From Naegleria gruberi (lineage: Eukaryota): a stretch of 64,000 nt of DNA. The notes beneath the pieces are model-generated. The model was given only the letters and a program-made list of their open reading frames with translations, ran no database searches and was not told the origin of the DNA. How positions within the stretch are numbered: the stretch's first letter is position 1; the number at the start of each line of letters is the position of its first letter. The stretch lies in NCBI GenBank assembly GCA_000004985.1, contig GG738867.1; one strand, given 5' to 3'. This document shows positions 10,688-23,356 of the stretch, piece after piece. Made by a program: the position numbers and the translations under genes.

Positions 10688-13600
10688 ATGAAGAGAAGCT
10701 TCGATCAAATATCACAGGAAGTTGATGCTTATGGTGATGCTGATACTCAACCAATGGATGATATGGAGGGTATTTCTCAGGGACAACAACAACAAAATTT
10801 ATCGGATCAGGGAAGGAAAAAAGAAATTGAAGAGTTGGATACTTTTATTAAACAATTAGTAAATTCAAAGAATTCAATCGAGATTAAAGCTGTTCTCCCT
10901 GTGTTGATTACTTATTTAACTCCCACATCAAATAATTTTATACCAAATGCTCTCTCCTATATTAATTCATCAAATTATTTATTAGAACATTTAGTAACAG
11001 TGTTTACTTATGTGTTAAATGAATTGAATATTGAATTAAGTTCAATTTATGATAGGGATACAATTGTATTATTTGTAAGATTTTCTACAGTGATGGTTTG
11101 CTCGAATATTTCCAATAATGATGTTGTAAAATTCATGTCAAGAATTAATTATTGGTCAAACTTGGTAAGTGTTGGGATTGGATTTATACTAAAATTATTT
11201 AGTTATCATATGATTCTCACAAAATTAAAAAACAAATATTTAATGGACTAGTTGACATTTCAAAGAGGAGTGAGAGTTTAGCTACTTTAATCTTTGAAAA
11301 AATGTCACAACATGCCTATATGTTATCTGATTGGGATCAAGGTATCAGAAGATCCTATTTGAAGCTATTATCTGTATCATGTCCTTTCGATAATGATTAT
11401 TTGGAGGATGAAAAAATTTCCAAAGTATTGAAAATGATAAGAACAGCATTCACTGATAGAGATTCAAGAGTTAGAACTGTAAGTGGTTAAATAATATGAT
11501 AAATTAATTCTAAATTTTAATAGCAAGCTGTAGAGTCACTAGTATTGCTTAGTAAGAGAGGATTGAAACTTTCATTTGATTTATATCCTGAAGCTGTTAG
11601 TTCATTACATGATGATGTGGAGGAGGTAAGAGAGCAAGGACTAGAACTTGTAACATTAATTGCACAATTATATCCAAATAGAGTAGTTTCTCACTCCGGT
11701 ACTCAATTGTCTCTTGTGGAAGATGCTTTTGGAAAAATTTGTAATGCAGTCAGAGATCATGTTGTCTCCGTTAGAACTAAGGCGTGTAAAATGCTTGGAA
11801 AGTTGAAAGGAATGAGTGAAAAACTCTTATTGGAAGGATTTGGAAAAATAGAACTCGAATATACTCCAAAATATAATAGGAGAAGACAAAGAGAGGAAGA
11901 GGATGCAAATACTAAAAAGAAAGCTCTTCAACAAAGACAATTAATTATGGAACAAACTTTCAACAGTGAAGATTTTTCCGAAGATGTGGATGGTGATATT
12001 TCAATCAAAGGAACTGAAAAGGATGCTCTTTTGTACAGTGGAGCTGTTGGTACATTCGTTTTAGCTTTAGAAGATCAATATAGAAGTGTAAGAATGGCAA
12101 TTATTGAATCGATATGTGAACTAAACAGAGAGTCAGACTTGTTTAGCAGAAAATCAGTAGATTATTTAATAGAAATGTTTAACGATGAAATTGACTCTGT
12201 AAGAATTCATGCTATCGACTCTGTAAGCAAAATTAGTGCAGCTTCTCTGAGATTTGATGAAGAACAATTACAAATCGTTCTTGCTATTTTGGAAGATTCT
12301 AACTCAGATATAAGAGCCTCCATAAGAAATTTATTGAGCGTAATTGTTTTGTCTAATGCTAGGTGCTTAAATGCAGCCATTAGGGGCTTACTAATTAACA
12401 ATTTGAAAAAGTACAGCTCTGACTTGGATCACATTTACAGGTGCTTGAGAGATATTGCTAAAAACCATTCCAAAATTACAGAATTTTTGATTGAATATAT
12501 GTTTAAGCACTATGCCTACCTAAGATCTAAGCACCCTAATTTATTTCCAAACTTAAACATCCGTACACTGAGCATGCAATCGAGTTCATTAGCTTACACA
12601 TTTGCAAATGGAAAGACAAAACAAACCAGTACTCAAAATGATCATTTAACACTTGTATTGCCATTTATTGAAACTTTTAATGAAATTAGATTTCTTTCTA
12701 TGACTAATGAAAAGGAAGATACCTTGGATGCTATGAAGAGTTTAAGAAATGAACTTCAAAAGACTGCAAAAAGTTCTGATAGAAATTTGAACGTATTCAT
12801 TCAATTTTTGAAATTATATTGTACATGTTGCTATTACTATTTATCTATTAGAAACATTTCCCAAACTGAAAAAGTTGGTCCTAAGGTATTTCAAAATATT
12901 ATTCAAACCACGTACAAGATTGAGACACTTTTTGGAAACTTGAGTGATAATCTGCTTTTACAACTGATGTGTCTCAGATTTATTGTTTATGTAAAATATT
13001 TACTCTACTCTTCTGAGAAAGGTGCTAGTTTATCTGCTGAACATGTAAATACTAGAAAGATTCGACAATTATGCCAAATGATTCAAGATTCTTCAAATAA
13101 GTTTGGTCTTCCAATAGATGAATCTCTTTATTCAATAATATTACACTTCCTCTCTAATGACGAAATTTCAACATCAGAATTGCAAAATAGTAATGTAAGT
13201 TTAAAATTAATTTATTTGATGAGGTAACCATTTTAGCATTTCTTTCCCAAACTTGAAGAAAGTGACATTCATAGTATGACGTACAAATCTTGTCAAATAA
13301 TCTCACCAACTCCAAATCTCGAAAAACCAATTGAATTCCAACCTTTCATATCACTCCCAATATCAGTACAGGCAAAACTTAGAGATTTAGATGCCAATGA
13401 CAAATTATTTATTGATGTTTCCTTCTCAGATGGTACCAATAGTATTTTCCCTGTCAACAAAACAACAGAAGTTTCAAATATTGGTTCATCCAAATTCCTG
13501 TTATCTAAAGAAATTCAATTGAGAACAGAGTGGTGGAGTGAATCATGTCCAATTGAAATCTCACTAAGCACTTCCTATTCTACCCAAATCTCAGATGAGT

Positions 13601-13722
13601 ACTCCCTTCTTGTCAATGAACATTCAACAAGTGAGCAAACAACAATGTCAACTTGTTTGGTACCTATTGGAAAACCCATTCAACTTTTAATCCATCCTTC
13701 ACTACATACTAAAGTAAAGTGA
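10688..13722 (+). CDS. HEAT-repeat protein of about 955 aa, Integrator complex subunit 4 (INTS4)-like. Structure: join(10688..11164, 11267..11478, 11524..13194, 13237..13722).
   Basis: Four ORFs (10688..11251, 11302..11490, 11545..13227, 13276..13722) join in-frame through three short canonical introns (GTAAGT donors, 42-102 nt). The protein carries repeated HEAT-type D..VR motifs (DSRVRTQAVESL, DDVEEVREQGLEL, DHVVSVRTKACKML, DQYRSVRMAIIESI, DEIDSVRIHAIDSV, DSNSDIRASIRNLL). Its length and repeat pattern fit INTS4. The start context is aaaaaaATG. Confidence 0.55.
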
Positions 13723-13789
13723 TTTCATGTTTTTTACAACAATTTCATAACTGTTGTGGCGTTTTTTTACCCGGTCGGTATAGAACTCG

Positions 13790-16145
13790 ATGGTATCTAG
13801 TTTGATCGACCAAGAAGTAACACAGAGCAAATGGAAAATAAATTCAAAAAAACAAACACAACTGATCTGTCAAATGTTATTGTTGACTGATCTTTTACCC
13901 TTTGATTTGACAACCAGATGGAAAACACATGAAATTTTCGCAGCTGAGTTAGTTGGTGCTGATGATAACAGTTCACCACTATTTTCTTCTCAATTTCACT
14001 CACTCACCAACAATAATTCACCTTCATTCAATAATAACTCATCAATGAAACACAAATTTCATTGCCATGATGATGCAACGACAAACAGTGCAAGTACTGT
14101 ACGAAAGAATCACACCACCTGTATTATAATATCCCTCATATTTGTTATATATCTTCTCAATAATATTCAATTTGTTGTTTCTACTGCACAATCAAGAACA
14201 ACAATAATCGGAAATGAGAATCAGGACATGTTTTGGAAATTCAACATTTCTCAAACTGAGGACTATTCATTTGTTGATCTGTTAGATATTAACGTGAATA
14301 GAATGCAAACGAGGGATTTTCTAACTTCATATCTGTATCCAGTTCATCAGCCCTATATGCCACATCCAATTAGTTTTGATGCAAAGTTAGTTGATTTATG
14401 TGATGATTCACACGTTGAAACTGATAACTCTAACAAACCACTCAATGTTTCATTCTCAAATTTGGATTGTATTGAATTCTTTTGTGGAGAAAATTCATCC
14501 AATTTTTCACTTGCCACTAAATTAGAGAGATTTACCTTTTCACGAATGATTAATCATTGTTTATTTTGCATGAGTGAGAAGGCCCAACGTTTTAGAGAGT
14601 TCATTACAAATGAGAATCGAACAATTTGGAATGAAAATGATATTGTGGAGTGGAGGCAAACAATTCAATCAGAGAATTGCCCTCAATTTCCTGAATATTA
14701 TTCAATCAAATCAAGACTAGTTCGACATTGCAATTCACAATATTCAATTTCGAATAATTTTACTGATTCACTAGCAGTGGGAATAATTAATGAGTATTAT
14801 TTTGAGTATTCTTCCTATTATGGACAGAGAATTAAGGATAAAATTACAAAATTGAATAGAAAATTAACTGCATTTGAAGTTTTAAATGTTACAACACTCA
14901 AAGAACAAGAAATTCTGTACAATCCAATTATATGCTATTGCTATCATGGAAATTATTATGGATTTCAATGTGATGCCTATTCTGTTTTCTTTTCTCCATT
15001 GGTTAATAATTGGTTTCCTCTGTTTTTAGCAATAATCTATGGGATTTTAACCCCAATTATTATGATTACAACATGTATACCTCAAATTAACAACAAAATT
15101 AAGGTTATCAAGAAGAAGATTTTGACAATTGAAGGAAAATGGAAGAGAGCTAGGTCAATTTTTGCTGGAGTATTTAATATCAAGTTACAGGGTGTTTATT
15201 TTCTTGTGGCTGCTTCAATTTTCATTCTTATTGAGAATTTACATGATTTACGTAAGTTTTTAATTGATGAATTTAGAAACTCTAACACTGAAAATAGTTT
15301 CCAATTTTTCATTCTATCGACCATTTCATCAAAATTTCATTAATGGTTTATTCAGAGCCATTTCTGTTGCTTGCCTATGTTGCAGCTTTGTTTCTATGGT
15401 GGTCAATTGGTCTCACGTAGTTACAGCCACAATGGCTCACAAACCAGAAGCTAAATCTCGTCTAGGACTCAAACACAAAATAGTTCTTTCAGTTTTCTAT
15501 GGAATTTTACTTGTTTGCATTTTGGTAATGATTATTGTCTATGCAGCAACACTTGTGAACGTTTATGCTTTCATTGTGTTGGGAATTTCAGGAATTTTGT
15601 ACTCGTTTTTTGTTTTATTTGGATTTTTATTTTATGGATTGAAAATTTTTGTAAGTATTGAAATGAGAATTGTCTATTAATTTCCATAATATTTACAACA
15701 ACAATAATACTAGTATTCCCTTCGTAAAACTCAAAACATTTCCTTCTCCTCTCTAAGAATTACCAAATTCATGCTAGCCATTGATTTTTACTTTGTAATT
15801 GTCATGATTGTCTCAGCATGGGTCGTAATGGGTTATATTACTGGATGGGATAATGTGGGTTTATTCCTTGGAGAGTACAGAAATGTGGAATTGGATTTAG
15901 TATTCCTAATCTTAATATCCTTACTGAACTATATGTTATATCATTCTGAACAATTTTCTGAAATGTTTGGAGGAAAAACCTTAGGTGAGTGGATGAAAAA
16001 GTTGTGCTGTCTGATTTGTGAATTGGGGGATGATAAATGGGAAACCAATAAGAAGGGAACGACGACGAATCCTACTAAGAGTACAAGTACTGCCACTACT
16101 ACTGTTGCTGCTGCTTCTGCTGTGGATTCTCAATCAAATGTTTAA
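13790..16145 (+). CDS. Multi-pass membrane protein of about 750 aa with a large Cys-containing N-terminal ectodomain and 7-8 predicted transmembrane helices. Structure: join(13790..15251, 15298..15650, 15714..16145).
   Basis: ORFs 13790..15343, 15264..15680 and 15771..16145 join in-frame through a 46-nt intron (GTAAGT..AAAATAG) and a 63-nt intron (GTAAGT..ATACTAG). The hydrophobic segments are NNWFPLFLAIIYGILTPIIMITTCI, VYFLVAASIFILIENL, AISVACLCCSFVSMVVNW, IVLSVFYGILLVCILVMIIVYAA, VYAFIVLGISGILYSFFVLFGFLFYGL and MLAIDFYFVIVMIVSAWVVMGYI. The protein may belong to the lung-7TM (GPR107/TMEM87-like) class, but this is not certain. Confidence 0.5.
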
Positions 16146-16268
16146 ACTAGATACCAATTTAACTTGTTGTTTACAATAAAATATTTACAAAACTTGATCA
16201 TCATCATTTAATGTATTTAATTTATTATTTTGTTAAATATTTTTTAAATAATAAAATTATAAAAAAAA

Positions 16269-18065
16269 ATGAATATTCCGCCCCCAACAACAACTTCATC
16301 AACTCTCGCACCAACAATAACAACAACGGACCAACAACAACTTCCAACATCTCCGCTGATCATTAGAAGATCAACAGCAGTATTTCAAAGAAATTCTACG
16401 GGTACAAAGGTGATGGGTGGAGGAAAACGTTATGCTTGTCCTTGTTTAAATTTAAGTATTAATTTATCATCATCAAGGGATATGAAATATGAAGAGTGGT
16501 GTACATGTGATGGTGAAGGCTTGTTTTCAAAAACACAACTTGATGAATTTAAAATTAAATTCTCTCATGTTGATTGTAAAAAATTAAGTTTAACGAGAGG
16601 AACGTCTATTGCTGGTATTCAATCATCTTTGGATATATTTATGGAAAATAATGCTCTAGATGAATCGGAATCTATTGTAAAAGCATTTAAATGTTTAAAT
16701 TGTGAAACTTTCTTTGGCTTTTATTTTGAAAAGTTCCAAACATTCCTTGTAAATACTACTCAACTATTGGTAGGTGTTTTAATGGAAGATCTTTTTTTAT
16801 TTATTATTATCATTTGAAAATTATTGAAATAGGATGAAGTTGCTCAAGAAAAACTTAGACAACAAGAAGATTTCTCCAAAATATTTAATATTGTTCCTAA
16901 AACAACTAATATTAACACTAGTGATAATTTATTAAAACATCCACTTCTTGTACAATATCAAAAAGACATGCAAAAGAAATTAAATGATGAAAGAATTAGT
17001 ATGGAGATGAGAATTAAAGAATTTATGAAAAATGAAAAGATTCAATATCAAAAATTGCTTTTAAAAACACAAACGGAAAAGGATACAATCTTTAGGAAAG
17101 CAAAGACAATCTTGGCTGAATCAAGTGAAACTCAATCTTTTGATGTAACAAATACAGTAACAGCAGAGAATGATACTGAACTGAGTGAATCTTCTAGAGG
17201 AAGAATGAGTTCAGCAGTATCACAAGATGGCTTGAGTGATTTGATAGATGAGAGAGTTAGTCGCTCTCTTTCACCATCTGCAGTTGATGAAAAGATTAAA
17301 AAGGCAATGAGTACAAATACCTTTTTTAAACCAAATCCAACCTTAATGAATCCAAAGGAGAAGATTAGATTAGAGGTTAAACCAAGTGCCAACAAATTCA
17401 AGGCAACTAACCTAGATGTTGATGAAGATTTATTAACACAAAAGAGTTTCCATTACAAAAAGATGACAACTCAATTGATGAGCAGAACATACACTCCATC
17501 TGCATTCTTCTCTTTTGATGAAGAAGGTGCCGAGTCACAGGAACCTACAAAGGAAGAGGAAGAAGAGGAAGACGAAGTTGAAGAAGAAGAACAATCAATG
17601 GCTGAACAAACATCTCCTCAACCTCAAACAAGATCAAGAAGAAGACTCGAATTTTCAAAACCACCACCAGTTGTTGTTAAACCAGCTTTTTATGGTTCCT
17701 CTGTTCCAATTAGTATTACAATGAGACCACAAGCTCAGCAGCAAACTGCCAATGAGAAATTACCACTCTACTATGAAGAATCAAACGAAACCAAACCAGA
17801 AACGCCAGAACAAAGAAAGCAGAGAACCAAATCCTTCAAAACAAAACCTCGTTTGGATGATGATCCATTCACTGAAGTTCCTCAATCCTACATTGAAAGA
17901 TATATGACTTTCAGAGAGGAATACATGAAAAATATTGATACACTTCCAGAAAAAGCAAGCCCAGCCGAGGAACCAACAGAAGAGGAACTCAAAGACTCAA
18001 CGACTGAAAAACAAACAGAGGAAACTTTTGATTTTGATGATGAGGAAGAAGGCATGTCATTGTAA
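16269..18065 (+). CDS. Hypothetical protein of about 578 aa with an N-terminal Cys-containing domain, followed by a coiled coil and an acidic Ser/Glu-rich tail. Structure: join(16269..16769, 16833..18065).
   Basis: ORFs 16269..16817 and 16968..18065 join in-frame through a 63-nt intron (GTAGGT..AAATAG): ...TTQLL / DEVAQEKLRQQEDFSKIFN.... Motifs are YACPCLNLS...WCTCDGEG...FKCLNCETFFGFYFEKF and an EEEEEEDEVEEEE tract. The start context is aaaaaaaaATG. Confidence 0.5.
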
Positions 18066-18097
18066 AGTTTAATATTATTCTAGTAATAATATTAAGA

Positions 18098-19242
18098 TTA
18101 GCTGTCAATCTTTATTAAATTATTGTACAAAAATTCATTATAAGAGCTGTGCTGCTCAGAATTAATAATATGGCCATTCGATTCTGTTTCATAATATTTG
18201 GTAATAATTTCTCTGTTTGGTTTTGAAAGTAAATTAAATAAGTGTTTGGTATTGCCTGTGTGAACCATTCTATCATAGGCACTATTAATGAGAAGGATCT
18301 TTCCAATATTTTCATAGGCAGCAGTGAAATCATTCTCTGAAATGTAATGTGTCATTATTCCTAAAGTTTGTTTGATTTGCCCAACAGTTCGTACATCAGC
18401 AAACAGATGGGAATATCTTTTGTACAGGTCATCATAATTTGCATTAATAAAATCTGCACTAAACATTTGTTCCAAAACTAATCTCATTCTAATCTCCAAA
18501 GAAATCAATCCAACAGTTACTTGTTTCAATAAGAAAATAGTTGTATCAAGCATTGGTGCAGCATGTGTTGAAAATACAGTTCTAAAGGTATTCTGTAAAG
18601 TAATCGATTTGAAATTACTCTTCTTTGGATACAACTCCTTTTCCAACCTAGCAAGTTCAGTAGCTACTAAGCCACCCATCGATTGAGCAATAACATTTAA
18701 ATGGAAATTCTCATTTCCCAACCATTTCAATTCTCTTAAAATTGTCAACACATCCAATGCCATATCACTCATTGAATATCTCCAAGTAAATGGGAAATCA
18801 CTCGATTTACCAGAACCTCTATTATCAATTACAAGTACTTCAGTTGTATTTACATGATTTTCATAAAAGTATTCAACATTTCTATCCCACCAATGCCATC
18901 CAGTTCCTATTATTATTATTATTACATTTTGTAATTTAAAATTATGAATAATTTAATCAAGTAATTTAAAAACAAAATACATTCCGATATTAAACATACC
19001 CAATCCAACAATAAATATCTGATGAAGAGAATTATTGCTTCACACCATCATTAATAACTTACTAATTTATGTTTTGCATTTGGATTTCCAAATCTTTCAT
19101 AATGAATTTTAGTGTAATTCCGATAATTAGTTTCTTCTTGTTTGGTGGTAATATTGAATACATCAATAATACTCAGTGGATAAATATAAAAGAGAGTGAA
19201 TAACATTCCCAAGAGAATGGCAATGAATACAAGTAGCTTCAT
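18098..19242 (-). CDS. Alpha/beta-hydrolase-fold esterase/lipase with an N-terminal signal or anchor. Structure: complement(join(18098..18906, 19000..19018, 19063..19242)), including a 19-nt micro-exon.
   Basis: The nucleophile elbow is AQSMGGLVATELA (GxSxG). Exon 1 (MKLLVFIAILLGMLFTLFYIY...ERFGNPNAKHKL) ends at GTAAGT. A 19-nt exon (IFIVGLG) flanked by GTATGT and AATAATAG gives HKLIFIVGLGTGWHWWDRNVEYFYENHVNTTEVLVIDNRGSGKSS, which reconstitutes the oxyanion-hole HG-type motif. Exon lengths and phases are consistent (180 nt / 19 nt / 809 nt). Confidence 0.6.
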
Positions 19243-19366
19243 TTTTTTTAAATCGTTATTTTAAATCCAATTATATTAATATTCCTGATTTAGAATGTCA
19301 ACTACAAAAATGTAAATTGTTGTAATATTCTTAAAAATTGCTTCTTTATGAGATACAATTTTCAGA

Positions 19367-19863
19367 TTATCCAGCTGCGGTAGTGTATGGTTTTTGACCA
19401 ATGTAATTACCAGCAGTGGCATAATTACACAAAACAAGAATGACTGGTTTACCAGTGACTCCTTTAAAACCTTGAACACTTGAACAGGTGTGTTTAGCAC
19501 ATCCAATTTCGGTAGATTTAGCCCAAATTAATTGAGTGTAGTGTCCACAAACTTTTCCCTATTATTTTCGTCATCAATAATGAGTTTAGAATTAAAGTTA
19601 AATGTTCTATGAATCATGCATCAATGACTTACAGTACCACAAGTATTTGTCTTGAAATTGTAATCAGTATATTCATTGAACCAAGAATTAATTCCTCTAT
19701 CAATTGAGCTTCCAGTTGTGTAACCACTTTCAATGTAAATATTTTCACCAATGGTACTTCCATATTGAGTACTTCTATTGGCATTGTGAGAATAAACACA
19801 TCCCTTCAAATAGTTACCAGTAACCAAGAGGAAGATCACAATTAAAGCAAGTGGTTTGAACAT
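19367..19863 (-). CDS. Secreted CAP-superfamily (SCP/TAPS/PR-1-like) protein of about 140 aa. Exons 19633..19863 and 19367..19557; the intron is about 75 nt (GTAAGT..AATAG).
   Basis: A signal peptide (MFKPLALIVIFLLVTGNYLKG) is followed by HNANRSTQYGSTIGENIYIE...INSWFNEYTDYNFKTNTCGT / GKVCGHYTQLIWAKSTEIGCAKHTCSS...VLCNYATAGNYIGQKPY. These are the CAP1-CAP4 signatures (GHYTQ[LV]VW, GCA, CNY.P.GN). Confidence 0.7.
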
Positions 19864-19941
19864 TTTTTTTGAGATGATGGATGTCGGTATTTGTTGACAT
19901 GTAATAAATCAAATTATAATCAAATTCAAAGTGAGATTTTC

Positions 19942-20934
19942 TTAATTGTAAACATAAATTGTCTTTGTACCATTGGATGCAATGTAAAGAGTTCCACTGG
20001 TCTCATCAAGAATACATCCTTGAGCACTCTGTGTATTAATTCTTCTAATTTCTCTTCCATCAGGACTAAATAATACAATAAGGGAATGCAAAGCAGCTAT
20101 AATATTGCCATTATTTGGATCAATTGCAATACCGCTGGCATAATATGAGCCTCCCTCATCTGTTCCACAAACAAAATCTCTTTTTTTGAAATCTAAGTTT
20201 TCAAGATTAGGTCTTTTGATAATTTCCAATATACCCTTGTAGAATAATGAATATATCAAATCTCCATTTCTATTCATTCTAATTCCCCAAGCATCTGAAA
20301 TGTAAATTGTAGTGATTAATAGGCCATTATGAGCTGAATATACTATAATTTCCTCATCTTCACATACATAAAGCTTTCTATTCTCAATATTAGATGAATA
20401 ATCAATACACATTCCAAAAGCATTTCTCTCTCTTTCTGAAGTCCAAATAGGTGCTAATGAATTATTGCTATCACTTGATTTCGTTGAGTCAGAACCCAAC
20501 TTTGACAGATCTATCAGACTTTTCAAATCATATTTTACGAGACGATGGTTTTTAGAGAATAAAAGAGCTTCATTCTGATTTCCATCATAATTCATTTCCA
20601 AACACAAGCATAATATCTTGATATTATATTCTAAATAGCCTAAGAATTTTCTAGAATGTAAATCAAAGACTGCCATTGTATCATCTAAAATAGAGTCACT
20701 AGAATGGTTTTTTCCCATGCACGATACAATAATTAGAGAATATTTGTAAGAAATAACAATATCAAGTGGTTCTTCCGAAAGATCTAACTTTGCAACCTGT
20801 GAGAAATTAATGGAGAGGGATTTTTTCCGCTGTTCTCTCATCTTGAATCTAAATCCATCAAACAATGCATAAATATTTTGTTTTTCTTCTCCCATGTTAA
20901 TATGGAAATCGATCAAGATAAGAAGTGTTGACAT
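19942..20934 (-). CDS. Beta-propeller-like protein of 330 aa, possibly NHL-type. It is a paralog of the 57618..58568 gene.
   Basis: A single ORF with the ATG at 20932-20934 after an A-run. The protein shows recurring hydrophobic-Gly-Asp/Asn blade-like segments and ends ...GTLYIASNGTKTIYVYN. Shared features with the ORF at 57618..58568 include LIDF near the N-terminus, internal ...FGMCIDY/NPFGMVVFNG..., and C-termini ending in a hydrophobic strand followed by VY(N/Q). Confidence 0.45.
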   Translation of the reverse strand: MSTLLILIDFHINMGEEKQNIYALFDGFRFKMREQRKKSLSINFSQVAKLDLSEEPLDIVISYKYSLIIVSCMGKNHSSDSILDDTMAVFDLHSRKFLGYLEYNIKILCLCLEMNYDGNQNEALLFSKNHRLVKYDLKSLIDLSKLGSDSTKSSDSNNSLAPIWTSERERNAFGMCIDYSSNIENRKLYVCEDEEIIVYSAHNGLLITTIYISDAWGIRMNRNGDLIYSLFYKGILEIIKRPNLENLDFKKRDFVCGTDEGGSYYASGIAIDPNNGNIIAALHSLIVLFSPDGREIRRINTQSAQGCILDETSGTLYIASNGTKTIYVYN

Positions 20935-20967
20935 TTTTTTTGTAATGGAAAAAATTCATATGTTTAT

Positions 20968-22119
20968 CTAGCTTCTTTCTCTATTTTGTTTAGAACTAGC
21001 AATATCCTTGTAGGATCCTCTGTAATAATTAGTCCAATCTGGAGAACTTGGAGACTTAGGACTGTTTAACTCTGCCTTAGGTGATTTCTTTTTCTTTTTT
21101 TCATTTGTTGGAAGGGGAGGAGATTTTTGGTATTGATTTAGTGAAACAGATATGTGGTCGGCTGTGAATTGACGTGATGCAGAGGCACTGGATGGTCTTG
21201 GTTTTACTCGTTTATCTGGTATTGAGGAATGATTGTTTTCATTATCGTAATACTCTGAGGAACCATTAATTGACCCAATACCAGACTCAAATCTTTCTTT
21301 GTAAACTCCTGTGAAATTCTGTTTATCATTCAGTCTTTCAAATACGCTTATCTGTTTTTGGGTTTTAGATTTGTTTGAAATTGATGGTGGTTCTGCTTTT
21401 TCAATATTAGTCACAATAGGTTGATTTTGAAAAACTGGGGTTGCAGCTCGTTTTTGAGGTTTTTCAACTCGTTCATATTTTTCTTCCCTAAATATTGGCT
21501 TAACTACTTCATCTTCATTATCTTCCATATCTCGTAAATTTGTTATTAAGGAAGGACTTGGTGATCGATGCTTTATCCTATGTTGGTTGTTATTGATGTT
21601 GTTGTTGTTGTTTAAAAGAAGAGATTTTACAATTTCCCTCGAGTTGAGGGAACTACTAGGTCTTCGGATTGATTGAGAAGGAGGTGATCTGTCATTGTTC
21701 GGATGAGGAAGAGAAGAGAAAAAAGGACTTGCTGAAGGTGAACGGGAAGGTGTATAACATGACATTGGAGAAGATAGAGACATTCTCCTTCTTATTGTAT
21801 CCTCAACTTCTTTGGTTTTTAAGGGAATGGCTGAAGATGATGATGTTGATGTTCCAAATGGATTACTTCTCGTAGCTGGTGTATCATGAACAAAACCCGA
21901 GTTAGTATGTTGACCAGCATCCCATCCCTTTCCTATATGAACACATGTTGAAGAACGAACGCTGGGCCGTAATATTTCCTGAAGATGATTTACATTCCCA
22001 CTTGAGGAATTGGCATTAATGTGTCCATTCTGTGTTCTAAACCTCTCAAAGTAAACTCCAGTATAATTACTAGGATCGTTTAATCTCTCAAATACGCTGG
22101 GCCTTCTACCCTTGTTCAT
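20968..22119 (-). CDS. Ser/Pro-rich protein carrying two TPPP/p25-alpha-type C-terminal motifs.
   Basis: Two copies of the motif (RRPSVFERLNDPSNYTGVYFERFRTQNG and KQISVFERLNDKQNFTGVYKERFESGIGSING) match the conserved TPPP/p25alpha segment (...RLTDTSK(F/Y)TGSHKERFDESGKG). The rest is low-complexity S/P/N-rich. The likely ATG is at 22117-22119 (aaaaaaaaATGaacaagggt); the track start upstream is an alternative codon. Confidence 0.5.
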   Translation of the reverse strand: MNKGRRPSVFERLNDPSNYTGVYFERFRTQNGHINANSSSGNVNHLQEILRPSVRSSTCVHIGKGWDAGQHTNSGFVHDTPATRSNPFGTSTSSSSAIPLKTKEVEDTIRRRMSLSSPMSCYTPSRSPSASPFFSSLPHPNNDRSPPSQSIRRPSSSLNSREIVKSLLLNNNNNINNNQHRIKHRSPSPSLITNLRDMEDNEDEVVKPIFREEKYERVEKPQKRAATPVFQNQPIVTNIEKAEPPSISNKSKTQKQISVFERLNDKQNFTGVYKERFESGIGSINGSSEYYDNENNHSSIPDKRVKPRPSSASASRQFTADHISVSLNQYQKSPPLPTNEKKKKKSPKAELNSPKSPSSPDWTNYYRGSYKDIASSKQNRERS

Positions 22120-22516
22120 TTTTTTTTGTTCTTGTTTCCCGCCAAATGTAATTACGATTTTTAAATAAATCATAAAACAACGATTATTGCAATTTTAAGG
22201 ATCAAAGTAAATGAGGGATATTTGAATTTGTGTTTTAATGAATTTTACATATCAGGTCAGTGAAACAATTCTTTTCAATGGATTGAAAGAGAATTTGTCT
22301 TTTTTGAAAAAGTTGTTGAGATAATCTCTGAAAGTTTTTGTAATCTTGTGAGAACCAAGTCTTTTGTTCGAATGGAAGAGTTGACTTGAAACGAGAGAAT
22401 TGAGTACATAGTGATTTGACTGATAAATCCTGAGAATCTGTCACAATGAGAATAAACATTTGATGAATCATTGAATAATTTCTATTCTCTATAAATTCCA
22501 AGATGCTCATCATTTC

Positions 22517-22533
22517 TAGACTAACGCTGAAGC
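22517..22533. repeat. Left terminal inverted repeat of the transposon, preceded by the target-site-duplication copy ATCATTTC at 22509..22516.
   Basis: It is the exact reverse complement of 23357..23373. Confidence 0.8.
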
Positions 22534-23356
22534 AGTGAAAGTTGGCCCAAAAAATTTTTTGTCAAAAAAATGGCCAAGTCAAGAAAAATGGGCAAAAAAA
22601 TGCAAAGTCAGAGATTTCCCTCCTTGCAAAACAGCCCGCCAACACCGTTACGAATAAAATTTGAAATAAATAGAAATTTTTCACCTTTAAATAGTGGTTT
22701 TATTGAAGATTAAAGTAATGTTTCTACCAACAACCGTATCAGAGTACCTCGTAAGCTAGTGGACAAGGATGACAAGCAACCTAGAGTGCTCCAATTCGCA
22801 TAATTCCTCAGTTAACTGGTCAAAGAATAAGGTGTAACTTCTCCAAATTCGTTGGTGGTCAACAGCAAGGATTTGTCTACTTCCATCTATGATATTCTTG
22901 CTGAAGGAAGACAACCCTTAAAACCATTTCACATTCTTCATGTTAACAACACTATGGCTACTTGTTTTCCTGCGGCACTTGGCGATGTTCTTTACAGCAA
23001 TGGAATCCATCATACAACAATTACGAATTAATTAATGGTCCACGAGATGAGTATGAAGTTTTCGAAAAGACTTTCCTTAGAGGAGAGAGGCAGAGAAAGT
23101 ACATAACAAACTACCTCCACTGTGGTAGGAAGGCGAACGAGGTGTATAGGATTGACATCATCACAAGATATTTGTTTTTGACCAATGATATGGAAGATGA
23201 CTTGGTGCCTCTGGTGCTGACTACAGTTCCGATGATGGTGTGAGTAGTGATGATGAGTAATTAATTTTTTTTTATTAAATTTAAACATTAAGCGGGGGCG
23301 CGAGTTTTTGTAACTTTGCCATTTGTTTAAGGGTCGCGAGCGACACTTTTTACCAG

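Noticed and set aside
22962-23243. A 93-aa ORF inside the transposon that could have been a transposase fragment.
   Set aside because: It is far too short, carries no DDE or hAT dimerisation motif, and the element is only 857 bp. It is better explained as a non-autonomous element.
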